Origin: a virus
Lineage: Duplodnaviria; Caudoviricetes
Reading direction: 5' to 3' (one strand)
IMG/VR virus record: IMGVR_UViG_3300025301_000016
Location: 1 to 52,817 of that record
Length of the DNA stretch: 52,817 nt
Below are positions 50,152 through 52,817 of this stretch, one piece after another (positions within the stretch are counted from its first letter, which is position 1; every line of letters starts with the position of its first letter). The notes below the pieces were generated by a model that had not been told where the DNA came from, did no database searches, and was given only the letters and a program-made list of their open reading frames with translations. Both the position numbers and the translations under genes were made by a program.

Positions 50152-50470
50152 GTTTTGTGCCTTTCTTTTTGAGTTTAAACTCCTTGTTACAGCTGCGACA
50201 CTTTACTTTATCTCCTGCTTTTGGGGAGTCGATGGATACGATACCGTATCTTGTTCGGCGTTCGCCCAATCCATCAATGTCCCATTCATACCATTGTGCC
50301 AGATGTGCAGTGAACCGAGCTTCTTCTGGATCATCGGCCCCGCTATTACAGTGTGGGCATATCCATTCGAGATTGTCGGCACTGATCCATCCGTCTCCGT
50401 CAAACTGTGAAGCCTCATCAAAGCGTTTATGAGATAGCTTTGTCTTCGGCTTGAAGTCGTACTTTGCCAT
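50138..50470 (-). CDS. Zinc-finger protein
   Basis: CPHC...CRSC; overlaps the start of the Cas7-like gene. Confidence 0.7.
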   Translation of the reverse strand: MAKYDFKPKTKLSHKRFDEASQFDGDGWISADNLEWICPHCNSGADDPEEARFTAHLAQWYEWDIDGLGERRTRYGIVSIDSPKAGDKVKCRSCNKEFKLKKKGTKRGKS

Positions 50471-50684
50471 TTACTTTTCCCGTCGGTTCCGGTACGCGTG
50501 AATTTATGCATGACCAATATCTGTAATCATTCAAGAGGTCGATAATGGCGTCGATTTCCTTCCAGTGATATGTGCCTATATGGTTACAAACATCACCGAT
50601 TGTGCATGAATTGCTTGTGAGCCTACTGGATAGACGCCGAGGTTCTAAGCGTCTATCCAGTAATTTTGGATCTATATCTTTCAT
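50427..50684 (-). CDS. Hypothetical protein
   Basis: ATGA-coupled to the upstream ORF. Confidence 0.55.
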   Translation of the reverse strand: MKDIDPKLLDRRLEPRRLSSRLTSNSCTIGDVCNHIGTYHWKEIDAIIDLLNDYRYWSCINSRVPEPTGKVNGKVRLQAEDKAIS

Positions 50685-50947
50685 TTCTTATTATTAAACG
50701 ACAGCCTATTTGTTAGCTTATCTAATAAGTCCATGCCTACTGATGGCATTCCACCATTCAAGTAGTTGCAGATCTCAAAGGCTTTTTGTTGGGAGTCAGC
50801 AGTTGCAACACCCATCCAAGCTACGGTTTTATCTAGTGGGGTTGCCCCTTCGTTGTGATGTATTAAATCTGCAACCCCTGCTAATTTTATACCTGATTCC
50901 CAACCTATTTCCCAGTGATCATCGGTCTCGTAGCAAACAAAGCTCAT
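50681..50947 (-). CDS. Hypothetical protein
   Basis: Packed early-gene ORF. Confidence 0.65.
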   Translation of the reverse strand: MSFVCYETDDHWEIGWESGIKLAGVADLIHHNEGATPLDKTVAWMGVATADSQQKAFEICNYLNGGMPSVGMDLLDKLTNRLSFNNKK

Positions 50948-50953
50948 AGCATG

Positions 50954-51172
50954 TTACCTTTCTTCTTTAAGGGTTAGTGTTCTTATGTTAGCATCATCAT
51001 ATTCGGTTTCCCAGAGATTGGGAACCACAGAATTAAATCCACAATCTTTATACCATAGGGGCATGGATATAAAGTAATCGCTATCTTCAATATCATCACA
51101 CTCTTGCTCTGGTTCAGCAGAAACTACGCTGTAAATGAAGCTCTTGTCGGTAAGAAGTTTACGTGACATCAT
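50954..51172 (-). CDS. Hypothetical protein
   Basis: AAGGAGG RBS, ATGA overlap. Confidence 0.65.
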   Translation of the reverse strand: MMSRKLLTDKSFIYSVVSAEPEQECDDIEDSDYFISMPLWYKDCGFNSVVPNLWETEYDDANIRTLTLKEER

Positions 51173-51393
51173 TGAACCTCCTTAACCTTAAGCCTGTAAT
51201 CGTCGGGGATTTTAGTAGACCACTTGGCAGATTGAAACTTGGCTGCCTTAATGAGTTGGGAGGCTATCTGTACTGCAGATGTTGGATACACTGCGGCTAC
51301 AACGAACGGTCCTCTGCCACCTTCATAGCTGACAATCAATACTTTACCGTTAGGTAAGACACGAACTGAGATCCCTTCTGGTTCTTTACTCAT
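51169..51393 (-). CDS. Hypothetical protein
   Basis: AAGGAG RBS. Confidence 0.7.
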   Translation of the reverse strand: MSKEPEGISVRVLPNGKVLIVSYEGGRGPFVVAAVYPTSAVQIASQLIKAAKFQSAKWSTKIPDDYRLKVKEVQ

Positions 51394-51395
51394 GT

Positions 51396-51746
51396 TTACT
51401 CCTTCCGTCTAACCATCTCCATAACATCTTCAACCGCTACTTTTAATCTGTCGCTCCTATTTTTTTCTATGATCTCCCGCCTTTGCTTCAGTTCCGTTAA
51501 TGCCTTATAGACCTCCCGCCTAAATTCGGCCTTGGTCAATTCTTCTCTGTCGAGATCACTGTAGTCTATCTCTGTGTCCAACATAGAATACATCCGACGG
51601 TCTACTTCATCTGACCTAATCAAAGAGCGAACATCCCTTGAATCGTCATCAACTCTTTTTGCTTCAGAGATCTCAAGCCAGACATTATTGGGCACATCTA
51701 CTCTGTCTCCATTGATGTTAACAACCGAAATCTTTGGCATAGCCAT
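51396..51746 (-). CDS. Hypothetical protein
   Basis: GGGAG RBS; first gene after hairpin copy 2. Confidence 0.7.
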   Translation of the reverse strand: MAMPKISVVNINGDRVDVPNNVWLEISEAKRVDDDSRDVRSLIRSDEVDRRMYSMLDTEIDYSDLDREELTKAEFRREVYKALTELKQRREIIEKNRSDRLKVAVEDVMEMVRRKE

Positions 51747-51794
51747 AAGCTATTCTCCCTTGATTAAAGTATGGTCGGCGTCGTTCGCCATTAC

Positions 51795-51838
51795 CACCAC
51801 CCCACCACCCTCACTGTGTGAGGGGTGGTGGGGTGGTG
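51795..51838. promoter_or_regulatory. G/C hairpin element copy 2
   Basis: CACCACCCCACCACCCTCAC-TGT-GTGAGGGGTGGTGGGGTGGTG, 20 bp with one bulged G. Confidence 0.85.
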
Positions 51839-51900
51839 TACATCGGATGCTGCTGCTGCTTACTGTCGGTTCCGGTAGGACATTTTTACACAGATAGCAT

Positions 51901-51957
51901 AAAAACAAAAAAAAAAAGAATAAAAAAAAATAGCCACCCCCCGAAGGGGGCAGCTAT
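51901..51957 (-). terminator. Rho-independent terminator
   Basis: - strand ATAGCTGCCCC-cTTCGg-GGGGTGGCTAT followed by a long T-rich tract, downstream of 51981-52526. Confidence 0.9.
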
Positions 51958-51980
51958 TATTAATGGTCTGTCCTAACTAC

Positions 51981-52526
51981 TTAAGAACGTTTTCGACCAT
52001 TAAAGCTTACAACTGGCTGAAGCTCTTCTTTAAGCTCAGCCTCCTTCAACAACTCATCAGCCTCAGCTTCCAACTGTTCTTCAGCTGACCCTAATGCTTC
52101 AAGCTCATCCAACTCTTTATCAGCAGCCTCTTTCTTCAACTGCTTCGCAGTTTTCTCAACTGCTTCAACCTCGACCTTAAAACGACTAACCCTTGCTGGC
52201 TCTGCTTCTTTTTGGGCTACCGTCTTAGTAGTTTGTTTGTCAGTCCCTCCAGCTGCTATAAGCTGCTCCCTAATACTGTTGACTGCTCCATTGAACTGAT
52301 CAACAGTAATGCTCCGATCATCTTTCTTAGGGAGCCCCTTTCTCTCATAGAGGCCGACTAACGAACCTAATAGGTCGGAAGCTTCTTGCATTGTTAGCTC
52401 CTCATCACAAGACCTTACGTCAACTCTGGTCATCTTAAATATAGCCGAACCTTGTCTTGCTGATATTGGAGCATTAGGGTTCTTAAGTTGGATCTTCTTG
52501 CCGTTCTTCTTCAGTTGCTGTGCCAT
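51981..52526 (-). CDS. Hypothetical early protein, paralogue of 47938-48288, with acidic coiled-coil tail
   Basis: GAGGAG RBS; shared motifs; has its own terminator. Confidence 0.8.
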   Translation of the reverse strand: MAQQLKKNGKKIQLKNPNAPISARQGSAIFKMTRVDVRSCDEELTMQEASDLLGSLVGLYERKGLPKKDDRSITVDQFNGAVNSIREQLIAAGGTDKQTTKTVAQKEAEPARVSRFKVEVEAVEKTAKQLKKEAADKELDELEALGSAEEQLEAEADELLKEAELKEELQPVVSFNGRKRS

Positions 52527-52733
52527 AAGTTATGATCTCCTCGGCTTAAAGCCGTTAAGGTGCCGGACCAACTGAATGTCGGTTCCGGTATAACTAACAA
52601 CCGAACTTCCCAACAAATACTGATGCAACTTATAACAGCTGGACTGACCAAGCCCAATACTTTAGGTCGCTGACCTCCATTTGTTATACGTCGATTTTCG
52701 CCGACCTTCTTCCCGACCCCCAACCACAGCCTT

Positions 52734-52783
52734 TCCCCACACCACCAACCCCTCACTTCGTGAGGGGGTTGGTGGTGTGGGGA
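52734..52783. promoter_or_regulatory. G/C hairpin element copy 3
   Basis: TCCCCACACCACCAACCCCTCAC-TTC-GTGAGGGGGTTGGTGGTGTGGGGA, 23 bp with one bulged G; extendable by CAACCAC/GTGGTTG. Confidence 0.85.
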
Positions 52784-52817
52784 GTGGTTGGTGGCGGAGG
52801 GAAGAACTTGATGGGGT

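Larger units (their letters stand above)
50482..52590 (-). promoter_or_regulatory. 13-bp motif TACCGGAACCGAC, three exact copies
   Basis: + strand GTCGGTTCCGGTA at 50482-50494, 51865-51877 and 52578-52590, each upstream of a - strand gene start. Confidence 0.7.
1..52817. mobile_element. Tailed bacteriophage genome (Caudoviricetes, podovirus-like), probably complete or nearly so
   Basis: terS-terL-portal-scaffold-MCP-adaptor-nozzle-fibre-ejection order on +, convergent early arm on -; no tape measure/sheath, host housekeeping genes or integrase recognised. Confidence 0.95.

Noticed and set aside
52511-52756. - strand 81-aa ORF at the right end
   Set aside because: Starts inside hairpin copy 3, has no RBS and spans regulatory motifs
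48333-52783. The three G/C hairpins as intrinsic terminators or IS ends
   Set aside because: No adjacent T tract on either strand; no transposase or target-site duplication
1-52817. tRNA genes, DGR/reverse transcriptase, alternative genetic code
   Set aside because: No cloverleaf or RT motifs seen; long ORFs are intact under the standard code and use all three stop codons

Overview
The window looks like a complete or near-complete ~52.8 kb tailed-phage genome with podovirus-like gene order. The + strand arm (495-38254) encodes terminases, portal, scaffold, major capsid protein, a glycosyltransferase, tail adaptor/nozzle/fibre, lysis candidates and three very large internal virion (ejection) proteins. 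The convergent - strand arm (38251-52526) carries nucleases, RusA, an SSB-like gene and early genes. I recognised no integrase, DNA polymerase, primase or helicase. The early arm has two notable systems. (1) A stand-alone Cas7/RAMP-like gene (49492-50151) and a small coupled gene are followed directly by a ~780-nt non-coding array of 5-nt units (mostly [A/G/T]GY-NN on the - strand). The array is divided by 13 AGTCC anchors, and all 12 anchor-to-anchor spacings equal 5n+2. This is a candidate non-CRISPR RNA-guided module, resembling what I recall as phage VIPR-type GGY-NN systems but AGY-rich. (2) An apparently complete ubiquitin-like conjugation operon (Ubl-E2-JAB-E1, 44882-47907) lies just downstream. 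Also present are three related long G/C hairpins, a repeated 13-bp motif, a switch-like structured intergenic region and a repeat cluster at the left end. Protein calls come from motif recognition and synteny only; no searches were run.
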